From Thermodesulfobacteriota bacterium (lineage in GTDB: Bacteria > Desulfobacterota_D > UBA1144 > Nemesobacterales > Nemesobacteraceae): a DNA stretch of 64,000 bases. The notes beneath the pieces were generated by a model. It ran no database searches. It saw nothing but the letters and a program-made list of their open reading frames with translations, and had not been told where the DNA came from. Location of the stretch: NCBI GenBank assembly GCA_965202785.1, contig OZ241855.1, positions 269,793-333,792 of the forward strand. Reading direction: 5' to 3'. How positions within the stretch are numbered: position 1 is the stretch's first letter; each line of letters opens with the position of its first letter. Of the stretch, positions 21,478-31,075 are shown one piece after another. Position numbers and translations under genes: made by a program.

Positions 21478-22164
21478 ATGAAAAACCCGGCAAAATTATT
21501 AGTCACCATCGTCCTGCTCCTTGCAGTTTCCTGCGGGGGAAAACAGGCGATCTACGAAGGATCGGCAGAGCAACTTAATGACGAAGTGCTTGAAGAACTT
21601 AACAAGGAAGGCGGTTTTCCCTGGATATTCGGCGGAACAAATTACGACAAAGTATTCGACATCCTAAAGGAAATACAGATCCGCTATCCCTATACCAAGT
21701 ACGCCGCGCTAGCTGAACTCAGAAGCGGTGATGTTTATTTTAAAAAAAAGGAATACACTCTAGCCGCTGAGGAATACGAAAATTTCATAGCAAACCACCC
21801 AGGTCACAAAGAACTTGATTACGCGATGTATCGCCTCGGACTTTCCTACTATAAGATGAAAGCGGGGAAGGACAGAAACCATTCAAAGCGGCTTCAGTCA
21901 ATAAAGTGGTTTACACTGCTTAAGAAGACTTACCCCGACTCCCCGTACGCTGAGCAGATACAGGATAAAATCGAGGAATCCAGAAGAATGCTCGCGGAAA
22001 GAGAAATCTACATAGGGAAATTCTACCAGAAGAAAAAGAACTACGAGGCGGCGGCGAAAAGGTACAGAAATGTTCTTGAAAATTACTCCGACACCGAATA
22101 CGCCGAGAAGGCCAGGAAGTTTCTCAGAAAGGTTGAGGAGAAATTATCCGAGCAGTCATCCTAG
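21478..22164 (+). CDS. TPR-repeat lipoprotein, BamD-like outer-membrane assembly factor
   Basis: lipobox LLAVSCGG; TPR-like repeats; size typical of BamD. Confidence 0.6.
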   Translation: MKNPAKLLVTIVLLLAVSCGGKQAIYEGSAEQLNDEVLEELNKEGGFPWIFGGTNYDKVFDILKEIQIRYPYTKYAALAELRSGDVYFKKKEYTLAAEEYENFIANHPGHKELDYAMYRLGLSYYKMKAGKDRNHSKRLQSIKWFTLLKKTYPDSPYAEQIQDKIEESRRMLAEREIYIGKFYQKKKNYEAAAKRYRNVLENYSDTEYAEKARKFLRKVEEKLSEQSS

Positions 22165-22313
22165 CAACGGGAGAAACCTTTCCCCGAAGCTACAGGCAAA
22201 CAATCCGCCACGTGAATTTAACGACGCGATAATTTGCCGGGCGACTGTACGTATCGATCCGCAACGCGCGTCTTGATCAAACAATGTAATTCCACTCAAA
22301 CAAAAAAACAGAC

Positions 22314-22772
22314 ATGGTGAAGACATACAAGCTGCTCGCATATCTGGTTGCGATTATTTTTCTCGCCTCCTGCGGGTCTTCTGATGAAGAGAATATAAAT
22401 CTAATTTTGGACAAGAGAATCAAGGCCTTTCAGCTAAAAGACCCTGAAATGTATTCTGAGTGCATACACGAAGATTACAGGGTAGCTTCAGAGGAAGAAG
22501 TAATTGACAAGCACAAGCTGGTAAGCAGGTTCAAGGATCACGTATCCACCATTGACACGGTATCATTCGGCGAATCCGAAAGATACATATACATCAACGG
22601 AACAGACGCAAGGGTAATGATGCTCTCTTCAATTGACGTAAAGATAGATGATTATTCAATGACGTATAAAGCCAAAGAGGTTATTAACTTATCGAAAGTA
22701 CTGGGAAAGTGGAGAATAACCAAAGAGTCTATGCTTAATTTGCTAAGCGGAACTATGATTCTTGATAACTAA
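22314..22772 (+). CDS. lipoprotein, NTF2/SnoaL-like fold, hypothetical
   Basis: lipobox FLASCGSS; 152 aa. Confidence 0.5.
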   Translation: MVKTYKLLAYLVAIIFLASCGSSDEENINLILDKRIKAFQLKDPEMYSECIHEDYRVASEEEVIDKHKLVSRFKDHVSTIDTVSFGESERYIYINGTDARVMMLSSIDVKIDDYSMTYKAKEVINLSKVLGKWRITKESMLNLLSGTMILDN

Positions 22773-22775
22773 GAA

Positions 22776-23135
22776 CTAGCCGAATTTCTTTTCAATATCT
22801 TCCTGCTCTTCCTTACACTCTATGCAAAGAGTAGTCTCCGGTCTTGCAATCAGTCTCTGCTCCGAGATCTCCTCTTCACACACCTCACAGATTCCGTAAG
22901 AACCATTCTCAAGTCTCGCGAGCGCGTCGCGTATTTTCCGAAGCAGCTTTCTCTCCCTGTCCCTTTCCCGCAGTTCAAGAACCCTGTTTGACTCGGATAG
23001 CGCCCTGTCAAGCGGATCCGGGAAAGAATTGGAACCCTTGCTCATCCTATCAACAGTATCATATGCAATGCCCAGTATATCGGACATCTTCTGAATCAGG
23101 ATGGTTCTTACCGTCTCCCTGGTTTCTGGCTTCAT
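22776..23135 (-). CDS. dksA: DksA/TraR-family C4 zinc-finger protein
   Basis: CEVCEEEISEQRLIARPETTLCIECK zinc finger. Confidence 0.75.
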   Translation of the reverse strand: MKPETRETVRTILIQKMSDILGIAYDTVDRMSKGSNSFPDPLDRALSESNRVLELRERDRERKLLRKIRDALARLENGSYGICEVCEEEISEQRLIARPETTLCIECKEEQEDIEKKFG

Positions 23136-23207
23136 GAAGAATATTATATATACCTACGTTTTTTTGTAAATTTGACGAAGTGCGACGAATATAGTTGATT
23201 ATCCGCC

Positions 23208-24095
23208 ATGGCGAGAATGAAGAGACTTACGATTGAGTTGCCGGGAGAAATGGCTGCACTTGTTTCGGATCTGCTCCTGGGTCTTGAAGCCGGAGCCGTC
23301 AGTGAGGAGCAAAGAGAACACAGAGAACCATTAATTCATGCGTATTTTAAGGAAGAAACGGATCTTGCGGAAATCATAACAAACTTAAGGGAGTTCTCTG
23401 CGCTTTTTGGCGAAAACGCCGAGGTGATGCGATTCACCACCCGATACATCAATCAAGCGGACTGGGAGGGTTGGAAATCCTATTTGAAACCGGTAAGGGC
23501 GAGTCGTCGAATAGTTATCAAACCTCCATGGGAAAAACAATACAAGGCGGAGCAGGGAACCAAGGTAGTTGAAATAAATCCGGGAAACGCTTTTGGTACG
23601 GGACATCACGAAACAACAAGAATATGCGTAAGTTATCTGGATGAAATTATTGAAAAATCCCCTCGATGTTCTGTCTTTGACGTGGGATGCGGGAGCGGCA
23701 TTCTGGGTATCTGCTCAATTAAACTGGGAGCATACATTTCCTTTTGCGCAGATATTGATTTCAAGGCCGCAAAAGAAACCATCTCGAACTCAGTAAGAAA
23801 CGCAACTTCCGACAAGGTAAAAGTCTGGTGTGGTTCTGCGGACTGCACACGGAAAAAATTCGACGTGGTTGTTTCCAACACATCCAAGGATACTCTTATT
23901 TCAATGAAGGAGAATCTAAAAAGGAGACTTCTCCCCCCGGGACATCTTATAGTGTCCGGTATACAGGCAAACGAGAAAAGTGAAGTGGCCGAAATTTACG
24001 GAAACTCGGGTTATGATATTGTCAGCGGGAAGGTCGAGGGCGGATGGGCCGGATTACTCCTGAGGTTAAAAAAAACGAGGAAGCCTGCAAGATGA
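23208..24095 (+). CDS. prmA: ribosomal protein L11 methyltransferase
   Basis: SAM-dependent methyltransferase motif VFDVGCGSGIL; PrmA-like length. Confidence 0.85.
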   Translation: MARMKRLTIELPGEMAALVSDLLLGLEAGAVSEEQREHREPLIHAYFKEETDLAEIITNLREFSALFGENAEVMRFTTRYINQADWEGWKSYLKPVRASRRIVIKPPWEKQYKAEQGTKVVEINPGNAFGTGHHETTRICVSYLDEIIEKSPRCSVFDVGCGSGILGICSIKLGAYISFCADIDFKAAKETISNSVRNATSDKVKVWCGSADCTRKKFDVVVSNTSKDTLISMKENLKRRLLPPGHLIVSGIQANEKSEVAEIYGNSGYDIVSGKVEGGWAGLLLRLKKTRKPAR

Positions 24096-25141
24096 ACTCC
24101 TTTAAAACTATAGAATGGAAAGACAACAGAGTCTTAATGATTGACCAGAGAAAGCTTCCAGGGGAGGAAGTCTACGTTGAATGCACTACTTTTGAAGAAG
24201 TGGCCGAATGCATAAGGAAACTGGTTATCAGGGGAGCACCGGCGATAGGAATAGCGGCCGCCATGGGAATGGCTCTCGGGGCCACGAGTATAGGAAACGA
24301 TTCCTCCTACGAAAACTTCGAAGAGCACATGGAAGCCGTATCGGAGCACCTGGCCCTGACGCGACCGACAGCCGTAAATCTGTTTTGGGCCATCAGCAGA
24401 ATGAACAGACTGATTTCCAAGTGCAGAGGCAAGGAAGTTGAAGAGATAAAAAACCTTCTCATAACCGAGGCAATTAACATACAGAAAGAAGACCTTAAAA
24501 CATGCATGCAGATAGGGGAAAACGGATCCAAACTCATAATAGAAAACTCTGTCATCCTCACGCACTGCAACGCCGGAGGACTCGCCACCGCCGGTTATGG
24601 GACAGCTTTAGGGGTAATAAGGTCAGCTTTTAGCCAAGGCAAGAATATAAGCGTAATATCATCAGAGACAAGGCCCGTTCTCCAAGGAGCAAGGCTCACT
24701 ACGTGGGAGCTCGAGCGGGATGGAATCCCGGTCCGTCTGATAACCGACAGTATGGCCGGGCATCTGATGAGTAAGGGGATTGTGAATTCGGTCGTGGTCG
24801 GGGCTGACAGAGTAGCTTCAAACGGAGATACGGCAAACAAGATAGGAACCTACTCCCTCTCCGTCCTAGCTAAGCATCACGACATTCCCTTTTACGTAGC
24901 GGCCCCCACTTCAACCATAGATACCGAATGCTTAAGCGGAGAGGATATTATAATTGAGCAAAGAGAACCCGAAGAAGTAACGCACATAGACGGGAAACGA
25001 ATAAGTGCGGAAGTGACCGCAATCAATCCCGCTTTTGACATTACACCGGCTGAAAATATCGAATGCCTGATAACTGAAGTCGGGTTGTTTAAAAAACCCT
25101 ATACTAAATCTCTCGGCAGACTCAAAAAGAAAGATCAGTAA
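24092..25141 (+). CDS. mtnA: S-methyl-5-thioribose-1-phosphate isomerase (eIF-2B alpha/beta/delta family)
   Basis: MNSFKTIEWKDNRVLMIDQRKLP...GAPAIGIAAA. Confidence 0.85.
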   Translation: MNSFKTIEWKDNRVLMIDQRKLPGEEVYVECTTFEEVAECIRKLVIRGAPAIGIAAAMGMALGATSIGNDSSYENFEEHMEAVSEHLALTRPTAVNLFWAISRMNRLISKCRGKEVEEIKNLLITEAINIQKEDLKTCMQIGENGSKLIIENSVILTHCNAGGLATAGYGTALGVIRSAFSQGKNISVISSETRPVLQGARLTTWELERDGIPVRLITDSMAGHLMSKGIVNSVVVGADRVASNGDTANKIGTYSLSVLAKHHDIPFYVAAPTSTIDTECLSGEDIIIEQREPEEVTHIDGKRISAEVTAINPAFDITPAENIECLITEVGLFKKPYTKSLGRLKKKDQ

Positions 25142-25614
25142 TCTCCCCTTTCGATTTCCTCCTGGGCTTCGACACTTAGTTTCGTAAAGGGCATGACCAT
25201 CAGCCTCTCTTCCCCTATTTTCTCCCCTGTAACTTCGCAGAAACCATATTCCCCGTTTTCAATCCTCTTCAGAGCATCATCTATCTGATGCAGTTTGTTG
25301 CGCTCCCTGTTCGAAAGAGTAAGGGCAAGTTCTCTCTGCCTGTCTTCGGATGCGTGATCATAAAAATCTCCGACATTGAAACGCAGATGATCCGATTCCT
25401 CTTTCATTGATCGGGTTACATCTTTAAGTAGTTCCTCTCTCATCTCTTTAAGCATGGCAGTCATCTGGTTAAGGAACTTCTTTGTATATTTTCTGGGGTT
25501 GGTTCTCCTCGACTTAGCTTTTGTTCCGGTCGCCGTGGAAGAACTTTTCTTCAAGGTCTTTTTTTCCGGTTTTTCCTTTTTTACTCTGGGCACGATGACT
25601 CCTCTGGTAATCAA
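25135..25614 (-). CDS. second DksA/TraR-family paralog with Lys-rich N-terminal tail and partly degenerate zinc finger
   Basis: C-terminal ...NGEYGFCEVTGEKIGEERLMVMPFTKLSVEAQEE; N-terminal ~50 aa basic and low-complexity. Confidence 0.6.
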   Translation of the reverse strand: MITRGVIVPRVKKEKPEKKTLKKSSSTATGTKAKSRRTNPRKYTKKFLNQMTAMLKEMREELLKDVTRSMKEESDHLRFNVGDFYDHASEDRQRELALTLSNRERNKLHQIDDALKRIENGEYGFCEVTGEKIGEERLMVMPFTKLSVEAQEEIERGDY

Positions 25615-25760
25615 AGTCTAGATTTTTCAAGGGTGAATTAAGATAAAATTATTATTCCTTTTGTCAATACTGGTTATTGCTAATAATTAGGGGGTATTAT
25701 CTTGTCATATTTCCCGCCTCGGTGATAATATAGTTTTCTCGATCATTACACCCTTCCGAA

Positions 25761-27317
25761 ATGAAAAACGGCTCTAAGAAGAGAGAGGCCTGGGCGACCA
25801 AGACAGGCCTTATATTAGCCATGGCGGGCAACGCCATAGGCCTCGGTAACTTTCTTAGATTTCCAACGCAGGCTGCCGAAAACGGCGGCGGCGCTTTCAT
25901 GATTCCCTATTTCATAGCATTTGTCCTGATAGGAATTCCGATCATGTGGATGGAATGGGGAATGGGAAGGTACGGAGGGTCTCGCGGGCACGGAACAACC
26001 CCCGCGATATTCAATCTTTTCTGGAAAAGCCCCGTGTCCAGAACCCTTGGGGTTATAGGACTCTGGATACCCCTTGTCGTATCAATTTACTACGTTTACA
26101 TTGAATCTTGGACTTTGGGATACGCTTTGCACTTTCTCCTAGGAAGCAATCCCAGTCTTGATCCGGGGTCAGTTTCAAATGCCGCGGAGTACGTAAAACC
26201 CTACAGCAGCTTTCTTGCCGATTATCTCGGTGCGGGAGACGGCGTGTTCCTTACTCCTTCCAAAATGGCTATTACCGCCTTTGTAATCACAATCGCTGCA
26301 AATTTCTACATCATGCTGAGAGGAATATCGGGAGGTATAGAGATATTCGTCAAGTATGCCCTCCCCATGCTGTTTGTTCTGGCGATAATACTCGTAGTAA
26401 AGACTCTGACGCTCAAAACTGATTACGGAACCGCGGTAGAGGGACTTAACTTCCTCTGGAATCCTGACTTTGAAGCCCTTAAAAACCCGAAAGTATGGAT
26501 AGCGGCGGCCGGGCAGATTTTCTTCACGCTGAGCCTAGCTTTCGGAGCAATAGTTGCGTACGCATCCTACATAAAGATCGATGATGACGTAACCTTAAGC
26601 GGCTTGACTTCGGCATCTCTTAACGAAACAGTTGAGGTGATTCTCGGGGGATCAATAGCCATTCCGGCGGCAGTGGCGTTCTTCGGAGTCGCAAGCGTGG
26701 TCACCGTAGCACAATCAGGTGCCTTCAGCTTGGGATTCGTAAGCCTCCCCGCAGTGTTCAGCAGTATTTCGGGAAGCCTAGGAGGGGTTGAGGCGGGCAG
26801 AATCTTCGGATTCTTGTGGTTTTTTCTCCTGTTTTTTGCCGGTATGACCTCGTCCGTAGCTATAGCATATCCCGTAGTAACTTTCCTTCAGGATGAATTC
26901 GACATCTCGAGGCAAAGAGCTGTCGTATACACCATGCTGATAATAATTGTAAGCGTGCTGCCGGTGATACTGATAAGCCAGGTCCTTGACGAATGGGATT
27001 TCTGGGCCGGCACCATAATGCTCGTCGTATTCGGATTCATTGAAATAGTAATGTTCATGTGGGTATTCGGGGCCGATAGGGCTTGGAATGAAATAAACTC
27101 GGGGGGATTTATACAGGCACCGCGGGTTTTTTACTACATTCTAAAATATCTGACGCCGTTTTTCCTTCTGATTCTCATATCTTGGTGGGGATACAGTAGT
27201 CTGCCTTCGGTAATCGGAGAAACCAGCTGGAATATCTGGTTCGCTAGGCTTTATATTGTGGGGTTGTTTGTTTTCCTTTCAGTTATGGTTTATATTGCCG
27301 GTAGGAGGGAAAGATAA
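25761..27317 (+). CDS. sodium-dependent NSS-family (neurotransmitter:sodium symporter) transporter
   Basis: 518 aa; 12 TM; [16 protein letters not shown] signature. Confidence 0.9.
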   Translation: MKNGSKKREAWATKTGLILAMAGNAIGLGNFLRFPTQAAENGGGAFMIPYFIAFVLIGIPIMWMEWGMGRYGGSRGHGTTPAIFNLFWKSPVSRTLGVIGLWIPLVVSIYYVYIESWTLGYALHFLLGSNPSLDPGSVSNAAEYVKPYSSFLADYLGAGDGVFLTPSKMAITAFVITIAANFYIMLRGISGGIEIFVKYALPMLFVLAIILVVKTLTLKTDYGTAVEGLNFLWNPDFEALKNPKVWIAAAGQIFFTLSLAFGAIVAYASYIKIDDDVTLSGLTSASLNETVEVILGGSIAIPAAVAFFGVASVVTVAQSGAFSLGFVSLPAVFSSISGSLGGVEAGRIFGFLWFFLLFFAGMTSSVAIAYPVVTFLQDEFDISRQRAVVYTMLIIIVSVLPVILISQVLDEWDFWAGTIMLVVFGFIEIVMFMWVFGADRAWNEINSGGFIQAPRVFYYILKYLTPFFLLILISWWGYSSLPSVIGETSWNIWFARLYIVGLFVFLSVMVYIAGRRER

Positions 27318-27415
27318 TGGATTTCGCCGCTGCACTCTTCATGTTTATCTCTTGGGGAAGCGTCTTGAGTCTTCTCTCTTTCTGCCTTATAAAATTCCAC
27401 AGAAACCCCAGATAG
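27317..27415 (+). CDS. 32-aa small membrane peptide overlapping NSS stop codon, MetS-like small subunit candidate
   Basis: ATG shares one nucleotide with the NSS TAA stop (TAATG); single hydrophobic helix [32 protein letters not shown]. Confidence 0.4.
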   Translation: MDFAAALFMFISWGSVLSLLSFCLIKFHRNPR

Positions 27416-27478
27416 CTGCCGCGGTAACGACTCAAAATGTTCTGCGACCCCATTTGGTAACCAGCAGGTATTGCCGGC

Positions 27479-28828
27479 TTAGCCCTGTTCCGTTTCTTTT
27501 TGAAGAACTTCCTTGGGTTTTCCAATACGGAAAATCTTTATAACATCTTCAAGCTGATGTATCAAAAAGAGAGTAAGGGCAAAAGACGTAGCGAAAAGAA
27601 CTAGAGAATTTCCTCCGATTATCGCTATGAGAACTAACCCGGCCGAATAATAATTTCTTCTCCCCAAAAAACGAAGACGGGCAAGCAGTTTCCTCAGGAG
27701 GGAAAGTTCCTCGGGATTGATATGCTTGTCGACTTCAAAGTACGCAACCAGACTGCCAGAATCTGTGTACTTTATCAGAAAGTAAAACGACCATATAAGA
27801 AACAAGATGAAGACTATGATGTTATAGCTTCCGAGGATGATCGCAATGGTGCTTCCGGTCTGAAGATAATATCCAACAGGAACTCCAATCAGGAAGGAAA
27901 GCACTGTGAACTGGTCACTTATGGTGTCAACCCACTGCCCTTTTTTTGTCTCCATAAGCTTTATTCTCGCAACTTCCCCGTCACACCTGTCCAAAACAGT
28001 TGCCGCCTGCATGAAAAGAGCTCCCAGCACTGCATGACCAAGGGCGTAAAACGGCCCGCAGAGCACTCCTATCAGGTTAATCAGAACGCTAACAGCGTTA
28101 GGAGTGAGAGATGTTCTTATCAGAAGCTTGCTCAAAGGAAGAGACATCCGGCCGTTTATATTTCTGGCTATCCATCCGGTGGCCGTTTTGCCTACGTGAG
28201 AAAAAATGATTCTTTCCGCTTCTTTTCGAGACTCCTTGGTATCCGAAAGACGGTACCAGTACCCGCTGTCGGCACTGAAGATTCTCATGCGGTTCCGCGT
28301 GGCCTCGTCGCCAAGCCAAGTATTGAGCCCGGCAGCCGAAAGCACGGCTGGAACTTCTGTGAAGTTTACGGAGAAAGCGCCAAAGACGCTGCTTCCTCCA
28401 CCGAAATACTTGTTTACGTAACCGGTTTCCCTGTCCATGCCAACAACAGGATCAGCGTCCTGCTGAACAAGCACAGAAAACTCATCCTCGCGGCAATCAG
28501 ATGAATCACGAATGAATTTTTCAAGGGAATTGGAGTTCGTGACAACCAGAGAGGATTCTAAAATAAGGACCCTGCCCGAATCTATCGACACCGACTCTCC
28601 GGGCGGGACCCAGTTTATGTCCGATGTGATTCTCGAGTCATCAATAAGAAGGTTTTTGAGAAAACCCGCGTTATTGGTAATTATATGAAACCGCTCAGTT
28701 CCGGCACGTTGACAATTTATTATAATTCTTTTGAGTTGAGGGACTTGCGCTATCGATTTGCTTGGGAATTTGGATAGATCCTCGCCATTTGTTCCTGTGC
28801 CAGAACAAAGTACAATAGCGTCTTTCAT
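27479..28828 (-). CDS. bifunctional-architecture protein: diverged NTP-transferase-like N-domain fused to CDP-alcohol phosphatidyltransferase (DIPPS-like) membrane domain
   Basis: C-terminal D-x2-D-G-x2-A-R...G-x3-D-x3-D signature (LDRCDGEVARIKLMETKKGQWVDTISDQF) and about 6 TM helices; N-terminus AIVLCSGTGTNG lacks the canonical GxGxR(L) residues. Confidence 0.8.
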   Translation of the reverse strand: MKDAIVLCSGTGTNGEDLSKFPSKSIAQVPQLKRIIINCQRAGTERFHIITNNAGFLKNLLIDDSRITSDINWVPPGESVSIDSGRVLILESSLVVTNSNSLEKFIRDSSDCREDEFSVLVQQDADPVVGMDRETGYVNKYFGGGSSVFGAFSVNFTEVPAVLSAAGLNTWLGDEATRNRMRIFSADSGYWYRLSDTKESRKEAERIIFSHVGKTATGWIARNINGRMSLPLSKLLIRTSLTPNAVSVLINLIGVLCGPFYALGHAVLGALFMQAATVLDRCDGEVARIKLMETKKGQWVDTISDQFTVLSFLIGVPVGYYLQTGSTIAIILGSYNIIVFILFLIWSFYFLIKYTDSGSLVAYFEVDKHINPEELSLLRKLLARLRFLGRRNYYSAGLVLIAIIGGNSLVLFATSFALTLFLIHQLEDVIKIFRIGKPKEVLQKETEQG

Positions 28829-28834
28829 GGCAAA

Positions 28835-29617
28835 TTATTCAGAGGAGTCAACAACTCTGAGAAGATTTGGGGCACGGTATTCCTTTTTCAAGAATCTGTC
28901 AGCCTGTTTTCTCGCCCTGAAAAGATCTAGTGGACAGTCGACATCCATCCAGTAAAGTTCGCCTATATCGAGGGGCTTGATTTTATACCCCTTGCTTATA
29001 AGCCTGTGTATCGAGGAAATGTACCATTTGCCTTCGGCACCGGGATTCCTCATCTCTTCCTCAACCGCCCTTTTGAGCAGTTCAACCCCTGTATCCCTGA
29101 ACACTCTTATGCCGACTGATTCAGCGGAGGTCTCGGCGTTTGAGATCTCCTTGCTTATCTTCGTGATTCTGCTGTCGTTGACAACAACTTTCATGTCCTC
29201 CCTTTCATATCGAGATCTCTTTTTTATGGGAAGACAGATTTTTTCATCCCTGACCCCAAGCGCCTTGTCCAAAACACCTATCTCGTACACATCGTCTCCG
29301 TTCATGACCACTAAATCTTCGTCAAATTCGCTTCTAGCTATCCAGAGAGACACAAGGCTGTTTGTAGATTGGTAGAATGGGTTGTAAAGGGTGTTGATTC
29401 TCATTCCCAAGCCATCGTAATTTCTCAGGAAATCCTCCACTCTCTCAAAACCAAAACCCACGACGATCACAACTTCGTTTATGCCGCAGTCTCTTATAAG
29501 ATTTATCTGGTGTTCAAGTATGGATATATTCCCAATATCAAGAAGACACTTGGGCTTGTCATGAGTGTAGGGATATAGTCTAGTTCCCCTACCCGCTGCA
29601 AGTATTATAGCTTTCAT
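28835..29617 (-). CDS. sugar-phosphate/inositol-phosphate cytidylyltransferase (IPCT-like NTP transferase)
   Basis: MKAIILAAGRGTRLYPYTHDKPKCLL canonical nucleotidyltransferase motif; 260 aa; 6 bp upstream of the fused gene. Confidence 0.8.
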   Translation of the reverse strand: MKAIILAAGRGTRLYPYTHDKPKCLLDIGNISILEHQINLIRDCGINEVVIVVGFGFERVEDFLRNYDGLGMRINTLYNPFYQSTNSLVSLWIARSEFDEDLVVMNGDDVYEIGVLDKALGVRDEKICLPIKKRSRYEREDMKVVVNDSRITKISKEISNAETSAESVGIRVFRDTGVELLKRAVEEEMRNPGAEGKWYISSIHRLISKGYKIKPLDIGELYWMDVDCPLDLFRARKQADRFLKKEYRAPNLLRVVDSSE

Positions 29618-29814
29618 AAGTCAGATTTTTAAATAGAAAGTCTTACACCCGTGGAATCGAGAAAAGCAGGCGATAACTCCAGTGGAAAACACGAGGAATA
29701 ACGCCTTATTTCTTCAACATCCTCCGGGAGTTAATGTAACTATAGGAATTAGGCATGTCAAACAGAGCTTTAATCCGCAAGTCTTACGCAGGTTTTGGCT
29801 GAAACAAAGGGAAG

Positions 29815-30207
29815 TCACCCATCGGTCGCAAGTTTAAGACCGTTAATTCCAGATTTTATGCTGACTATATTGTTCATCTCATCAACGTATATAAGCTTGG
29901 GTCTGTGTGTTTTGCTCTGCTCTTCATCATAGATTGCAAAATCCGCTATTATCAAGCAATCGCCTTTTCTCGCAAGATGCGCCGCCGCTCCGTTTACACA
30001 AACTATGTTTGACCCTCTCGCGCCTTCAATCACGTAGGTTGAAAAACGGTGGCCATTGGTCAGATTGAAAATGTGGACCTCTTCATAGGGAAACAGATCC
30101 GCCGCGTCCATGAGATTTCTATCAAGCGTAAGACTCCCTTCATAGTCCAACTCGGCATCGGTTACCGTAACTCTGTGTAGTTTGGATTTAAGGAGTACTC
30201 TCTGCAT
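29815..30207 (-). CDS. panD: aspartate 1-decarboxylase
   Basis: MQRVLLKSKLHRVTVTDAELDYEGSLTLD; the track ORF extends to 30237. Confidence 0.9.
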   Translation of the reverse strand: MQRVLLKSKLHRVTVTDAELDYEGSLTLDRNLMDAADLFPYEEVHIFNLTNGHRFSTYVIEGARGSNIVCVNGAAAHLARKGDCLIIADFAIYDEEQSKTHRPKLIYVDEMNNIVSIKSGINGLKLATDG

Positions 30208-30217
30208 TACCAACCTC

Positions 30218-31075
30218 TTAAAGCACAATATTATCAATAAGCCTGGTATCGTCCAGCCTCACGGCCAGCGCCACCAAGTCACCCTCCACGGCTCTGTGCC
30301 GGAGCTCAAGGGTTTCAGGGTCTCTTATCTCAATATAATCAATATCATTAATTTGGGCCATACGCAATACCCTATCTGCCTCGGCAAGCAGAATTTTGCA
30401 GTCATCGCAACCGCTTTTGAACTTCTTTCCGACCTCTCGCAGGGCTTTGCTCACCGAAGCCGCCCTGATTCTCTGCTCTGCGCTGAGGTAAGCGTTTCTT
30501 GAGCTCATGGCAAGTCCGTCAGATTCCCGTACTATCGGCATTTCCACTATCTCAATGTCCATATCGAGGTCCCGTACCATCTTCTGAACAATCTTAAGCT
30601 GCTGGTAGTCCTTTCTTCCAAACACCGCAAAATCCGGACGGACAATGTTAAACAGCTTAAGCACGACCGTTGCTACCCCGTCAAAATGCCCCGGCCTGAA
30701 AGGACCGCAGAGGCAGTCCCCAAGGTTTCCCACAGAAACCGCGGTCTGAAAGCCGTCGGGATAAATATCGCTTATATCCGGATAAAACAGGTAGTTAACG
30801 CCGCAGCGCGCAAGTTTTTCCACGTCGCCTTCGTAGTCCCTTTCGTAACGATCAAAGTCCTCACCGGGTCCGAACTGCGTGGGATTAACAAAAACACTTG
30901 CGACTGTCACATCGGCCCTTCTAACTGATTCCTCGACAAGGGTAATATGCCCTCTGTGCAGGGCTCCCATAGTGGGAACAAAGCCGAGTTTCCTGCCCGC
31001 TTTCCTGCAAGCATCGGAAATTCTCTTCATGTCGGAAGGGCGGTTGAGCACAGAAAGCGCCCCCGCACTATCCAT
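30218..31075 (-). CDS. panC: pantoate--beta-alanine ligase
   Basis: LGFVPTMGALHRGHITLV HIGH-type motif. Confidence 0.9.
   Translation of the reverse strand: MDSAGALSVLNRPSDMKRISDACRKAGRKLGFVPTMGALHRGHITLVEESVRRADVTVASVFVNPTQFGPGEDFDRYERDYEGDVEKLARCGVNYLFYPDISDIYPDGFQTAVSVGNLGDCLCGPFRPGHFDGVATVVLKLFNIVRPDFAVFGRKDYQQLKIVQKMVRDLDMDIEIVEMPIVRESDGLAMSSRNAYLSAEQRIRAASVSKALREVGKKFKSGCDDCKILLAEADRVLRMAQINDIDYIEIRDPETLELRHRAVEGDLVALAVRLDDTRLIDNIVL

Noticed and set aside
25614-25761. Possible riboswitch (for example glycine) in the 5' region of the NSS transporter
   Set aside because: The region is only ~145 nt and shared with a divergent promoter. No conserved riboswitch core motifs recognised.
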